Source of the DNA: the human T2T-CHM13v2.0 reference genome, Homo sapiens
Length of the DNA: 64,000 bases
Direction: 5' to 3' (one strand)
NCBI RefSeq assembly: GCF_009914755.1
Contig: NC_060925.1
Of this stretch, positions 1 through 12,696 are shown piece by piece (within the stretch, counting starts at the first letter, position 1; each line of letters starts with the position of its first letter). The notes under the pieces are model-generated. The model was not told where the DNA came from. It was given only the letters and a program-made list of their open reading frames with translations, and searched no databases. A program made the translations under genes and the position numbers.

Positions 1-812
1 ATAACAAATGCTGGTGAGGAGGTGGAGAAAAGGGAACCATCATACACTTTTTGTGGTTATGTAAATTAGTACAGCTGCTATGGAAAACAATTTGGAGGTT
101 CATCAAAAAACTAAAAATAGAGCTATGATGTGATCCAGGAATCCCACAGCTAGGTATATACCCAAAAGTAAGAAAATCAGTATATTGAAATGATAACTGC
201 ACTCCCATGTTTATTCCAGCCCTGTTCACAATAGCTAAGACTTGGAAACTACCTAAATGTCCATCAACATATGAATGGATAAAGAAGATGTGGTACATAT
301 ATACAATAGAGTACTATTCAGCCATGGAAAAATGAGATCCTGTCATTTGCAACAACATAGATGGAACTGAACTGTACATTATTATGTGACGTAAAATAAA
401 CCGGCCCAGAAAGACAAACATCACATGTTCTCACTTATTTGTGGGAGCAGCAATTCCAAACAATGGAACTCACGGTCATAGAGAGTAGAAAGATGGTTAC
501 TAGAGGCTGAGAAGGGTGGATGGGAAGCAAGTGTGAATGTTCAATAAGTACAAAAAACAGAAGAATGAATAAGACCTAATATTTGACAGCACAACAGGGT
601 GACTATCGTCAATAACAACTTAATTGTACAATTTAAAATAACTAAAAGAATATAATTAGATTGTTTGTAACATAAAGGTAAATGCTCGTGGTGATGGATA
701 ACCCATTTACCCTGATGCTATTACTACACATTATCTGCCTGTATCAAAATATGACATATGCCCTATAAGTATATACACCTCCTAGGTACCAACAACAATT
801 AAAAATTTAAAA
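1..812 (+). mobile_element. L1 (L1MA-like) 3' end
   Basis: ORF2 C-terminal and 3'UTR motifs (GCTGGTGAGGA..GGAGAAAAGGGAAC, TTTGCAACAACAT, GCACAACAGGGTGACTAT). The paralog is at about 53450-54507 on -. Confidence 0.85.
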
Positions 813-1975
813 AAGTGTATCCTTCCCAGTGAACCGAAATATTTTACATTGATCATTTTTACATTATCATAGTGTGTTGGAATAATCATAGCTTTGGAAA
901 GAAAAAAAATAAATGTAAACTTTCAAAGATGGCAGGAGATATAGATCTCTCTTTCTTTAGTGGATTTAAATATGCAATTTGTTATCAACATTGCACTGAC
1001 AATTTTTAACACAGGCCATATTCTGGAAATGATATGATTATAGGAGTTATAGGAAAAAGCATTTTTTCATACTGTGATTATCTAGGCTATGAGGAAAAGA
1101 GATATTTCCTCTATGATGTCTAATTTAGCATAATTATTCTTTTTAAACTATATTTAGATTTAATTAAGAGATACACAAACAAATTACTTTTAGTAGTAAG
1201 AAGAGTTTTTAAAATGTTTTGTGTAAGATGACTATGTAGTAAAGAAGGTTACAAACCTGCTTTTTAACTTAGAAAAATAATCTCACCTTCTTGCCCCATG
1301 GAAAATTGAAATGTTATGTGGAACCCAATGTACAAAAACTCTCAGTGAGGATTTCTGTCTTAAGTTTCAACGGATTGAGGTGAGATCAGTGCCTGTTCCA
1401 CCTTTTTCCTCCCTGTCCTAGGTGACTTGATAACATTTATACAGCCATAAAATTTTGCTTTTAAATTCAAGTATAGAAAATAAACTTTAAAATGTGATAT
1501 TTTTATATATTTTACCTTAATAATTTATATGGGAAATATTTTTGAAAGGTTAAAAAATTAAAATTTTTAAAAGAGTATAGTGAAATAATCTAATCACATG
1601 TGGAAATTGTGTTACTATTTCCCCAAGCATTTTTTGTACATGTAATTGAAAATGAGTTGAATGTAACTCATAAGTAGTATAAAAGTGTTTAATATTTAAT
1701 TTTCTGCTGCAGTAATGTGACATAACAACCTTAAATTCTTGGTACTTTAAACAAGATATTTTTTTTCTCCCAAATTTCTAGGTTATTTAAGGGCAGTTCT
1801 GCTTCATATTGCAGTTTGCCTGGGCTTTACTCCAGGCTGTGTGTTGGAGTTAGGTCTAATCTATTGTATCCCTACACATCCCACTTAGAAAAGCTAACAA
1901 ATTTCCTTTGGACTTCAGTCAGTTCGATTGTATTTGTCATTCAAAAGCCAAATCATTTATCCTAACACCAACGGC

Positions 1976-2297
1976 TTATTTATTTATTTATTTGTTTGTT
2001 TATTTATTTATGTTTTAGAAGGAGTTTTTCTCTTGTTGCCCAGGCTGAGGTGCAATGGCGCGATCCTGGCTCACCGCAATGTCCCCTTCCCGGGTCAAGG
2101 GATTGTCCTGACTCAGCGTCCTGAGTAGCTGGGATTACAGGCATGCACCACCATGCCCAGTTAATTTTGTATTTTTAGTAGAGATGGGGTTTCTTCGTGT
2201 GGATCATTCTGTTCTAGAACTCCCGACCTCAGTTGATCCGCCAGCCTCAGGCTCCCAAAGTGCTGGGATTACAGGCGTAAGCCACCGCTCCCAGCCT
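1976..2297 (-). mobile_element. Alu (S-type) with (TTTA)n tail
   Basis: Dimeric Alu consensus on -. Confidence 0.92.
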
Positions 2298-3648
2298 AAC
2301 CGATTGCTTCTTTTGTTCTGTAGTCTTTTGCCAAAACTGTTATTCTCTGGACTCACTTTCACCTTCTCTCACACATACATGTCCCTCGTGTCCCTTTGTG
2401 TCTCCAGGGTCTTCTATTTCCACGTAATCTTAATTTTTCATCACATCCTGGACTCATGAGTAATTAATCTGTTATTCTCCCTGAAAGTGCAGCCTTGTTG
2501 AATAGAATGTGTTCTTTAAACAGCAGCTTTGTTTCTCGAGTGAGGTATTAACTTCCAGATTTAGGTGAAAATGAGTTCCAAGTTTTATGTTTCATTGTGT
2601 GTCTAAGACTGACACCGTTTATTACCGTGGCACTTACAGCTTGCTTTCAATGCCTCCAAATTCTCTATCTGAAAGGCTGGGTACCATATCTCATGTCTGA
2701 ACATAGTCCTCAGAATCATGCAGTACCAGCTATGTTCCTTCTGTATATTATGGCTTCCGAGGTGCCTGTTAAGCAGCCAGGTGAAATTGCCTTTTAATCA
2801 ATATAGGAACCAGTCTCTTTCCTGGTGATGCTAATGCTTTTTATAAAAAGGCCATGCTGTATTGAAGTTCTTCTTTCAGGACAAAACCACTAATGGAACT
2901 CATCTACCTACTGATGGGTGGAAGCTCTTGGTATGCCAAAGTCTTGTTTTGTTTGTGAAGAATCTCTTTCCCTCAACAGTGATGTGCTACGTTAGGTCTC
3001 AAATCATTGTTGCGTTTTAATCCAAATTTATGACAAAGATTTTCAGTTTGTATGCATAATTTCCTTCTCTGGCCTTAACCATCAGTCTGTGGACTTGCCA
3101 AGCAACAACAACAACAAGAACAACAAGTCTGAGGTCAAGAGACACTATTTAGATCTCAGAATCATTTGTTGTCATTTATCCTTTGATAAAGTTTTGCCTT
3201 TCTTTCTTTATGAGTATATTTCCTCTCATGGTTTCCCAATCTCTTGAGAAAAAGAAAGTTCTTGCCTCTTGCAGTCTTTCTCATTAGTTGAATTATACCA
3301 GCAGTTCAGCTTCTGATCCTGTCGAGAAATCCACCATGAAGAAATAAAACATTTCTGATTACATGGATTACGTTTCCTGGATTCTTATAGGCATTAAACT
3401 TAGTTCTAGGATACAACCGCATGATCTTCTCTTATTCTCAGAACAAGAAATATATTACTATATACATTACAGTTTGTATATATTGCAGTTTATATAGAGT
3501 ATATGTATATGTACTGTATATATATATGTACACATATATATAACAGTAAACCCTGTAGGCAAGCAGGAAAACTTCAGAATTCTCAATGAATCCATCATTA
3601 GCTGTTAGTAATGACAACACTATTAGAAGTATTTCAATAATCAAACAT

Positions 3649-3950
3649 TGTTGTGGTCTGTATGTGCACCCCCAAAAGTAATATCTTGAAATTCTAACAC
3701 CTGAGGGCATAGTATTTGGAACTTGGGAGTGGAATTCTTTTTTGTGCTATTATGAATAAGATGCTTGCCTCTTCCATCAAATGAGGACACAGCCACAAGT
3801 TACCCTCTAGGAGCTAGGAAGTTAGCCTTCACCAGACACAAAATCTGCTTGATTTTGAATTTAGTCTCCTGAACTGTGGAAAATAAATTTCTGCTTTTAT
3901 AAGCCACTCAGTTTATGCTATTTGGTTATAGTGGCCCAAAGAGAGTAAAA
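3649..3950 (+). mobile_element. MaLR LTR (MLT1-like)
   Basis: TGTTGTGGTCTG...GAAATTCTAAC...GAACTGTGGAAAATAAATTTCTGC...AAGCCACTCAGTTT. The paralog is at about 50450-50752. Confidence 0.7.
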
Positions 3951-5651
3951 AGACACATTATTTACCTCCTTTGTGGACTCTCTGGAGTTGTTGCTTTAAA
4001 CTTGCTTTAGTGCCTAACACTGCTCCAACTCCCTGTCCTTTAGCACACACGGATAAATAATTCTGCTGGGAACTGACATGTTTCACTCAGGCATCCAAAT
4101 GTATTTATTATGTTGTCAAAATATATAGCACTTGTTACAATGTTTCCATGTTAGACATATTTTGAGATATATGCCTTAACACTGTGCTGTGATTATTATT
4201 AATATCTAGTAACTAATCTTACCATATCTAAACTCAAAGTTTTCACGATAACACTGCCTTATTAGGGACTGAATTTTTTAAAGTATGAAGATCTTACATC
4301 AAGTCCAAATTGATTCATCTGATAGTCTCGCAGTAAAATCAACGCCACAGAATTATCTATTCTGTTTCTTGTCTTGTTGTAGCTGATATTCTGTGATTGG
4401 ACATATTGCTAATATCTATTAACCTTAGCATAAAATGTCATATTGAAATTGAAGAGGAATATTGGAACTTGGCTAAGAAAGATTGCTTTTCAGACACAGT
4501 GAGAACTAAAATGGACCCTCTGTTCCTGGAGGTATATTTTACAAAAATTGGGTGCTATTATAGGAATTCTGTACAATTCTATCTTATGCACTTGTGTTCC
4601 ATCAGTGTCAATCCTCTCTGTATTTTAAATTGACTATGATTTCTTTTTCCATCTTTCTGTTTGTCAAGTATTCTTTTGCTGAAAATTTGTTATTCATGTT
4701 CCAACAGAAAATAGATTTTTTTTCTTTTAACTCATTGGAAAGAATATTTAGAGTCTTTAGTGACAAATGACATGGTATAAATGAAAAGAAAATACTGACA
4801 TTGTACTTGAGAAATACTAATTAATTGGGAGAATATTAATTAAAAGACATTGTTTAAATATTTCTATCACAAATTGACAGCAGAACAATACACACCACCA
4901 GCAAGGTATAATAGTAGATATGAGAGGTAAAATGATTAATTAGATATTGCATTTTCTCCAGAAAACTTATTATTTAGTGGAAACTGGCCAATAATTTCTT
5001 AGGCCTTAGGATAATTTTACCTTTGATTCTCTAGTTAATCAAAAATATATAAAAATATTAACCAAAAATATATATTTTTAAAATACCTACATAATCTAAT
5101 GCAGTATGTTTCGCTCTCTTCTTGAAGTGAATTAAATTCCTTATCACTGACCATAAAATTTAACTACATAGATGATTCTTGTTTAAAATAGTTAAAAGTG
5201 AACGTAAAGATCAGTTTTGGTTTTCCTTTTCTTACCCCCGTTTTTTACACTTATATTTGCCTGTGTCATTCATATACTTTTAGAATCCAAAACAATAATT
5301 AAAAACATAATCATTTGGTTTTCAAAAGCTTTTTGCATCTCTAGAAAGTTAATATAGAGTCTTATAAAACTTTTAGCTAATTCAAAAACAAATCACACAT
5401 ATATAATTGAAGCAAACTTTGTTTGGTAGACTTCTTCGAACCACAGAAATTTCAGTTATGGCATGGTAGGTCTTTTGAAATGTTTCATTTTTTATATTTG
5501 GAGATGCACAACAAAAGTCTTTCCACTCCAACTCCCCTTTAATAAAAACAGAATGTAACAAAAATATCAAAATCTGTAGGAAAATAACCCATTCGTCTAT
5601 GTTAAAGCTATGAGATTTCCAGCCCAAATAAATTATAAGAACCAGTATAGA

Positions 5652-5958
5652 GGCCGGGCGCGATGGCTCACACTTGTAATCCCAACACTTTTGGGGGCTG
5701 AGGCAGGCGGATCAAGAGTTCAGGAGATCAGGACCATCCCAGCTAACACGGTGAAACCCCATCTCTACTAAATATACAAAAAAAGTAATTAGCCAGGCAC
5801 AGTGGCGGGTGCCTGTAGTCCCACTACTCAGGAGGCTGAGGCAGGAGAATGGCCTCATCCTGGGAGGTGGAGTTTGCAGTGAGCCGAGATCACACCACTG
5901 CACTCCAGCCTGGGAGATAGAGTGACACTCTGTCTCCAAAAAAAAAAAAAAAAAAAAG
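5652..5958 (+). mobile_element. Alu, full length
   Basis: GGCCGGGCGCG start and poly(A) tail. The paralog is at 47603-47917 on -. Confidence 0.93.
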
Positions 5959-8900
5959 CATGTAGAAATACTAATACAGTGAAATCTGGACTGATATATA
6001 AAGAAAATAACCAACAGATTTTGTCTATGGCACAAAATTCTTAGAAATTTTGAGATCTTTAGCCTTATAGACCTAACAAAATATTTATTAGTTTGAACAG
6101 TGAGGTACTGGGATATGCTGGGCTTTGAGGCTATACGCAAATCTAATTTTAGAAGTCAGGAACTGTTGTAAGCAATAGCAAAGAATATGTTTGATGATCA
6201 GCTTGGCAATTGTTGAACAAGCTTCATTCAGCACTGTGAGGATGTAATTAAAGCAGTTGCCCTGCAATCTATTCACTCTCTTCACTGGCGAATGGCCCAG
6301 GCATAAGACTAGAAGGAAGATGAACTGGTTTAGTCTCTTTGTCAGCTGAAATTTTGGTGAAAGAGACTACTGATATTTTTCTAGGATGAAGGGATCTTAT
6401 CTCTGAAATACCCTTTGCAGGTTATTCCTGGCTGAAACAAATGCACAGATCCTTTCTTCTTGATCAATTTTGCTGTCGATTCTCATTTTACATTCTTTAT
6501 TTCATTTATTTTATTCTTTAGCTCCAGAATTTTTGTTTGGGTTCCATTTTTTCCATCTCTCTGTTGAACTTCTCATTTGGTTTGTGTTTTGTTTTTTTCA
6601 AGTTTTAGTTGAATTGCCTATTTGTCCTCTTGTAACTCATTACTTTCCTTTAAAACAATTATTTGACAGGAAAAACTGCACAAAAATAGAAAAATCTATA
6701 AATCACATGACGAAGAATTCAAAATAATTATTTTAAAGAATTTCTGAATTTGCAGCAAAAGTTTGCTATAGAGCAACATGAAAGCACAGAAAAGTATGAA
6801 ACTCATTGATTAAGGTAAATATATAAAAAATGCAGAACATGCTAATAGTATAATAGTGGTGTGTAAATCTCTTTTATTGCTAGTATGAAGGTTAAAATAC
6901 CAAAGTAATAATAATTATAGCTACAATAATTTGTTAATAGATACAGAATATTAAAAATATATAATGTGACATCAAATATATAAAATATGGTGGGCTGAGT
7001 AAAAGTATAGGGTTTTGAATATGATCAAAGTTATCAGTTTAAAAGAGTTTGCTCCAATTACAAGATAGTATATATAAGCATCATGCTAATCAAAAAGACA
7101 AAACCTATGGTAGATACCCAAAAGATAAAGAGAAATCAAACCATGTCAGTACAGAAAATCATGAAATCTCAAAGAAAGACAGCAAGGGAGAAATAAAGAA
7201 ACTAATAATATGTTAAAAAGCCAAAAAACAATGAACAAAGTGGCAATTGTATGTTCTTACCTATCAATAATTACCTTGAAGGTAAATTCATTCTATTCTA
7301 CATTCAAAACCCAGAATGGCTGAATGGATTACAAAAGAAGACCCATCAATATGCTGCCTACAAGAGACTCACTTCAGCTTCAAGGACACATATGGAGTGA
7401 ATGTAGGGGATGAGAAAATTTGATATTCCATGCAAATTAAAACCAGAAAACAGCATGGATAGCTATCCTTATATCAGGCAAAATATACTTTAAGATACAA
7501 CTGTAGCAAGTGATAAAGATGGTCATTAAATAATGAAAAAGTGGTGAGTTGATTAAAGGGATGAAACAATTATAAATAAATATGCACTTAACATTGAAGC
7601 ACCTGAAAATATAAAGCAAACATTAATATCTGGAGGGACAGATACACAGCAATCAATAATATTAGGGAAATAGGTAACCTTATTGATACTGTTGCAATTA
7701 TCAATACTCCAATTGCAACAATGGATAGATCATTTAGATAGACAATCTATAAGGAAAAAAAACATTAGACTTGATCTGCACTTTAGACCAAACGGACCTA
7801 ACAGATGTATGTTCACATTTCATCTACAGCTGGAGAACAGGTGTTCTTCTCAAGCTAACAAGAAACATCCTCCAAAATAGAGCATATTTGAAATTACAAA
7901 ATGTCTTAATACATTTAAGAAGATTGAAGTTGTATCAAGTATCTTTTTTAACCACAATGGTATATAACTAGAAATCAGCAACAGGAGGAAAACTGGAAAA
8001 TTCAAAAATAAGTGAACATAATGCAATCCTTAACAAAAAGTGTTTTAAAAAGGAAATGAAAAGGAAAATAAAAAATCTTGATACAAAAATGAAAACACAA
8101 TACTCCAAAACTTGTGGCATGCAGTAAGACCGTGCTAAGAAGAAAATTTGTATGACAAACACCTACATTAAAGAAAAAACATCTCAAATAATCTATCATT
8201 AAACCTCAAGGAACTAGATAAAAAGAAGAGCAAACTAAGCCCAAAGCTAATACAAGAAAGCAAAGAAATATCAAAGCAAAATAAAGAAATAGACAGTAGA
8301 AAAATAATAGAAATTGAAAGACTTTCTGTGTTCATCAATGGGAGAAATCAATACTGTCAAAATGCTATTGGACAAAACAATCTACAGATAAATGTAATCC
8401 CTATCAAATGTCCAGCGGCATTTTTCACAGAAACAGAAATAAATACTAAAATTTGTATGAAATTACAAAAGACTATAAGTACCTAAAGTGATCTTGTGCA
8501 AGAAGAACAAACAGGAGGTACCACACTTCTCACTTTCAAGTTATATTACAAAACTACAGCAAATTTTATATATACTGACATGAAAACAGTGACATAGAAG
8601 AATGGAACAGAATAGAAAGCCTAGAAATAAACCTACACCAAGACGGTCAAAAAATCTTCAATAACATGCCCAAAATACCTAATGGAGACAGGATAGTCTC
8701 TTCAATAAATAGCGTTTAGAAAAACTGCAGGCCCACATGCAAAATAATGAAATTTGACAGTTATAATATGCACAGGAATAAATTGAACATTGAAAAGGAA
8801 TTTAAACTTAACATCTGAAACCAAAGAATCCCTAGAAGAAACCAGGGGAAATCCTCCTTAAGATTGACCTTGGCATGATTTTTTGGCTATGAATCTCAAA

Positions 8901-9451
8901 ATATAGACAAGACAAACAAAAATAAACACATGGAACTACACCAAAGTAAGAGGTTGCTGCACAGTAAAAAAAAAAATAATAATTAATTAATTAATTAATT
9001 AATTAAAAAGGTCACCCATGGAATGGTAGAAAATACTTGAAAACAATATATCTGATAATGGATTAATATCTGAAACAGATAAGAAACTAATAATCAGAAA
9101 AAAATCCTGATTAGAACATGAGCAAGAGACCTGAACAGACTTTTTTCCAAGGTAGACTTGCACATGGCCAACACATGAATGAAGAGGTGCACAAAATCAC
9201 TAAACAAGTGGGAAATATAAACTGAAATGAAAATGAGATGTCACATTACATCTTTTAAAATGGCCAATATAAAAAGCCAAAAGATAGATAGTGTTGACAA
9301 GGATGTATCAAAACGAGAATGCTTATAGAGTTTTGGTGGGAATGTAAATTGGTACAACCATTATGGAATACAGCATGGAGGGTCCTCAAATAATTAAAGA
9401 CTTACCATATGATGCAGCAATTATACTTTTAGGTATAAATTTATATACCTG

Positions 9452-9690
9452 TGGGTGTGTTGGCTCACACCTGTAATTCCAGCACTTTGAGAAGCTGAGG
9501 CAGGCAGATTACATGAGGTCAGGAGTTCAAGACCAGAGTTGCCAACATGGCGAATCCCTGTCTCTACTAAAAACCATAAAAATTAGCCAGGTGTGGTGGT
9601 GGGCACCTGTAATCCCAGCTACTTGGGAGGCTGCGGCATGGAGAATTGTTTGAACCTGGGAAGCAGAGGTTCCAGTGAGCCGAGAACTTG
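9452..9690 (+). mobile_element. Alu, 3'-truncated in this copy
   Basis: Alu consensus ends after GTGAGCCGAGA. The paralog at about 43818-44105 is complete. Confidence 0.88.
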
Positions 9691-9848
9691 ATGCCATTTT
9701 ATATAATTATCCTTTCACAGACAAAAGAAATCTAATCACTATCTTGAAGAGATATCTGCATTCCTGTGTTCATTGCAGCATTATTCCCAAAACCCAAAAT
9801 ATGGAAACAACCTAAGTGTTGATAGATGAGTAGTATGTGAATTGTGAT

Positions 9849-9855
9849 ATCTATC

Positions 9856-9896
<41 letters not shown>
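9849..9896. repeat. (TATC)n microsatellite
   Basis: About 10 tandem TATC units. A shorter, interrupted paralog is at about 43614-43655. Confidence 0.9.
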
Positions 9897-10221
9897 CAAT
9901 GGAATATCATTCAGTATTAAAAAGAATGAAATTTGGCCCTTTGTAACAAAATGAATGACCCTAGAGGATATTATGCTAAGTGAAATAAGCCAGGCAGAGA
10001 AAGAAAAATACTACAGGTACAACCATGCAAACTTGCCATTATAAGATGAATAAGTTAGGGAGATCTAACGTACAACATGGTAACAATAGATAATAATAAT
10101 GTATGCTTTAAGTTCATGGAGTGTAGATCTTAAGTATTATCCTTTCCCAACATGTGATAACTATGTGAAGACATGAATATGTTAATTAGCTTGATAGTGA
10201 AAATCATTTTAATATATACTT

Positions 10222-10400
10222 GATGGGCGCAGGGTGAGAGGAGAGTGAGGGTCAAAACACTACCTGCTGGGGACTATGCTCACTAGCTGGGTGATGAAAT
10301 CATTTGTACACCAAACCCCAGCAACATGCAATTACCCACGTAACAAACCTGCACATGTACCTCCTGAACCTAAAATAGAAGTTGAGAAAAGAAAAAGAAG
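10222..10400 (+). mobile_element. Short L1P 3'-end fragment
   Basis: CTGGGTGATGAAAT...CAAACCTGCACATGTACC..CTGAACCTAAAATA. Confidence 0.75.
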
Positions 10401-10589
10401 ATATCAGTTTCCTATAGGGAGCTCCAGGTTTGTTCCAAACAGTAGAGAGACAAACCTATCAAGGATGAAATATATACAAGAGTAGGCACAACTTAAACAA
10501 TGTGTGTAAGGCAATCAATTCTATATAACTCAGCAACTCCTAGGCTTCTTATCAAATAAAATCACTGATGTGTCATAACTTCTAAACTA

Positions 10590-11005
10590 AAAACAACACA
10601 AATGCCCATTCACAGTAGAATGAATAAATAAATTACTTTTGCTTCCCACAGGGGAATACGGCACAGCAATGAAACAATGATCTGCTGCTACACAAAATGT
10701 AGATGATTCTTACAAACTTCAACTGAGTGAAAGAAGTCAGACTCAAAAGAATACAGATAGCAACTTTCCATTTATATGAAATTGAGGAGCAGGGAAATCC
10801 ATCGTGATAGAGTTCATGATAATGATGACCTTTGGTGAGTAACTGGTTGAGAAAGTGCAAGAGAGTGGTTGTGGGAGCTGGAAATACTCCATATCTTGCT
10901 TGATTTGAGTGATGATGGGGATATATACACTTATAAAAATTATAATGCTATATGCTTAAGATTTATGTATTTTACTATTTGTAAGATATATATTAGTTGA
11001 AAAAA
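10590..11005 (+). mobile_element. L1ME-like 3' fragment
   Basis: AAATGCCCATT..CAGTAGAATGAATAAATAAATT...TTCCATTTATATGAAATT. Confidence 0.6.
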
Positions 11006-11889
11006 TGCTGCAGTGTAAAGGAAACCAGTAAAAATATGCTACCTAGAATTGTAGATTTGTTTAACAAAAAAGCATTTGAGTAGTCTATTGATTATTAGTT
11101 AGCAAGTTTATATTAAGCATCATTGTCCTGAATACTTTTTAGTATGTACCAGTAAGTGTTTGCCTTTCTCAACTAGGGCTAATTAAAAAAAACTCAAAAC
11201 CTCATGTTGTACACATTGAATATATATAATTTTAACTTGTGAATTATACCACCATAAAACTAAAAATCTAATTAAAATGAGTTCGAATAAATTTTAGGGA
11301 AAATAGGATAATGAAAATTATGAGCTTAAGAATATGCATAGATAAAAAATAAACTGTTGATAGAAATTTTATTGTTATATTTCAGAAAATCATATAAAAA
11401 GCTGTGCTAAAAGTTTCCAGAGAGAGAGTACATAGTTCTCCTGCAGTGGATTAAAATGAGATTAGCATTGGAGTACTAGTCTAAAACCACAGATAGAGTC
11501 TGGAGTCAGATCTCAGAAATACAATATATTTGATAAGTAATGAGAGACAAGTTATTTAAATTTTTGGGACCTAAACATCCAGTCTGTAAGTTTGTTGAAA
11601 AAAATAAACAGGCTAAAGAGACCTTAATTTACAGGGAGGGCTAAATTATTACCTATTATTGTAAAACATAATAGCAGTGACATTAAAAGCTTGAGTGCTG
11701 TAGAACAATATATTGAAAATCACTTTTTGAAGTTATATACATATTTATATTACTTTAATAATTTGCACAATGTAGGAAGAAAAGCTTGCTTTGCACAGGC
11801 AACATTTTGCCAAATAATCTCCAAATCATCATGAATTCTCAATTAGTCAGATTAACAATAATAAAATTTTATTGTAGAGGAGGATTATT

Positions 11890-12548
11890 TTTTCATTAAT
11901 ATATTTGTACCTACACATAGTGTATATGTAATATTTTGTTACCTGCCTGGACTTTACAATGATCAATTCAAAGTATCCGGGGTGTCCATAACCTCAAGTA
12001 TTATTTCCATATGTTAAGAAAGTTTCAAGTCCTTTAGCTATTTTGGAAAATACAATACATTGCTGTTTATATGTAGTCACCTTACTCTGCTATGAAATAT
12101 TAGAACTTATGTCTTCCAAGTAACTGTATGTTTGGACCCATTAACAAACTTTTCTTTATTCCTCCCACCCACAGAAACTCTTTCCAGCCTCTGGTATCTA
12201 TGTATTATTCTATTCTCTACCTCCATGAGATCAATATTTTTAGCTTTCACGTTCTATTCTTAGAATAAGAACATGTGATGCTTGTCTTTCTGTGCCTGGC
12301 TTATTTCACCTAACACAATGACTTCCAGTTCCAACCGTCTTGCTGTAAATGATAAAATTTCATTCTTTTTTATGGACAAAAACTCTTCCACTGCTTGTAT
12401 ATATACCACGTTGCTTTTATTCATTCATCCATTGATGGACACAGGTTGATTTCATATCTTTGCTATTGTGAATAGTGCAATAAATATGAGAGTGTGGTTA
12501 ACTCTTTGATATACTCATTTATTTTCCTTTGGATACATAGCTAGTAAT
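11890..12548 (-). mobile_element. L1MA-like 3' end
   Basis: Antisense L1 3'UTR motifs (CTTTCTGTGCCTGGCTTATTTCAC, CATTCATCCATTGATGGACAC). The paralog is at about 40895-41545. Confidence 0.82.
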
Positions 12549-12554
12549 AAATAG

Positions 12555-12696
12555 CTTGCACCTCTGGTCTCAGCTACTTGGGAGACTAAGGCAAGAGGAT
12601 TACTTGAGCCCCCGAGGTTTAGATTGCAGTGAGCCGTGATCACACCACTGCGTTCCAGCCTGGGTGACAGAGTGAGACCCTCTCCCTCCTCAAAAA
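12555..12696 (+). mobile_element. Alu right-arm fragment (AluJ/FRAM-like)
   Basis: CAGCTACTTGGGAG...CCAGCCTGGGTGACAGAGTGAGACCC. The paralog is at about 40748-40890. Confidence 0.8.

Larger units (their letters stand above)
6700..10215 (+). mobile_element. Old L1 (L1M-type) ORF2/3'UTR remnant, interrupted by an Alu and (TATC)n
   Basis: Decayed endonuclease and ORF2 motifs (GCCTACAAGAGACTCAC, TTAGACCAAA.GGACCTAACAGA), A-rich. The paralog is at about 43290-46830 on -. Boundaries are approximate. Confidence 0.8.

Noticed and set aside
2597-2797. 66-aa ORF nearly identical to the ORF at 51580-51780
   Set aside because: GTG start and no recognisable domain; its conservation is explained by the segmental duplication.
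5712-6140. Alu-derived ORFs (also 1928-2459, 16029-16336, 17651-17966, 47639-47827, 52074-52461)
   Set aside because: Typical Alu translation artefacts.
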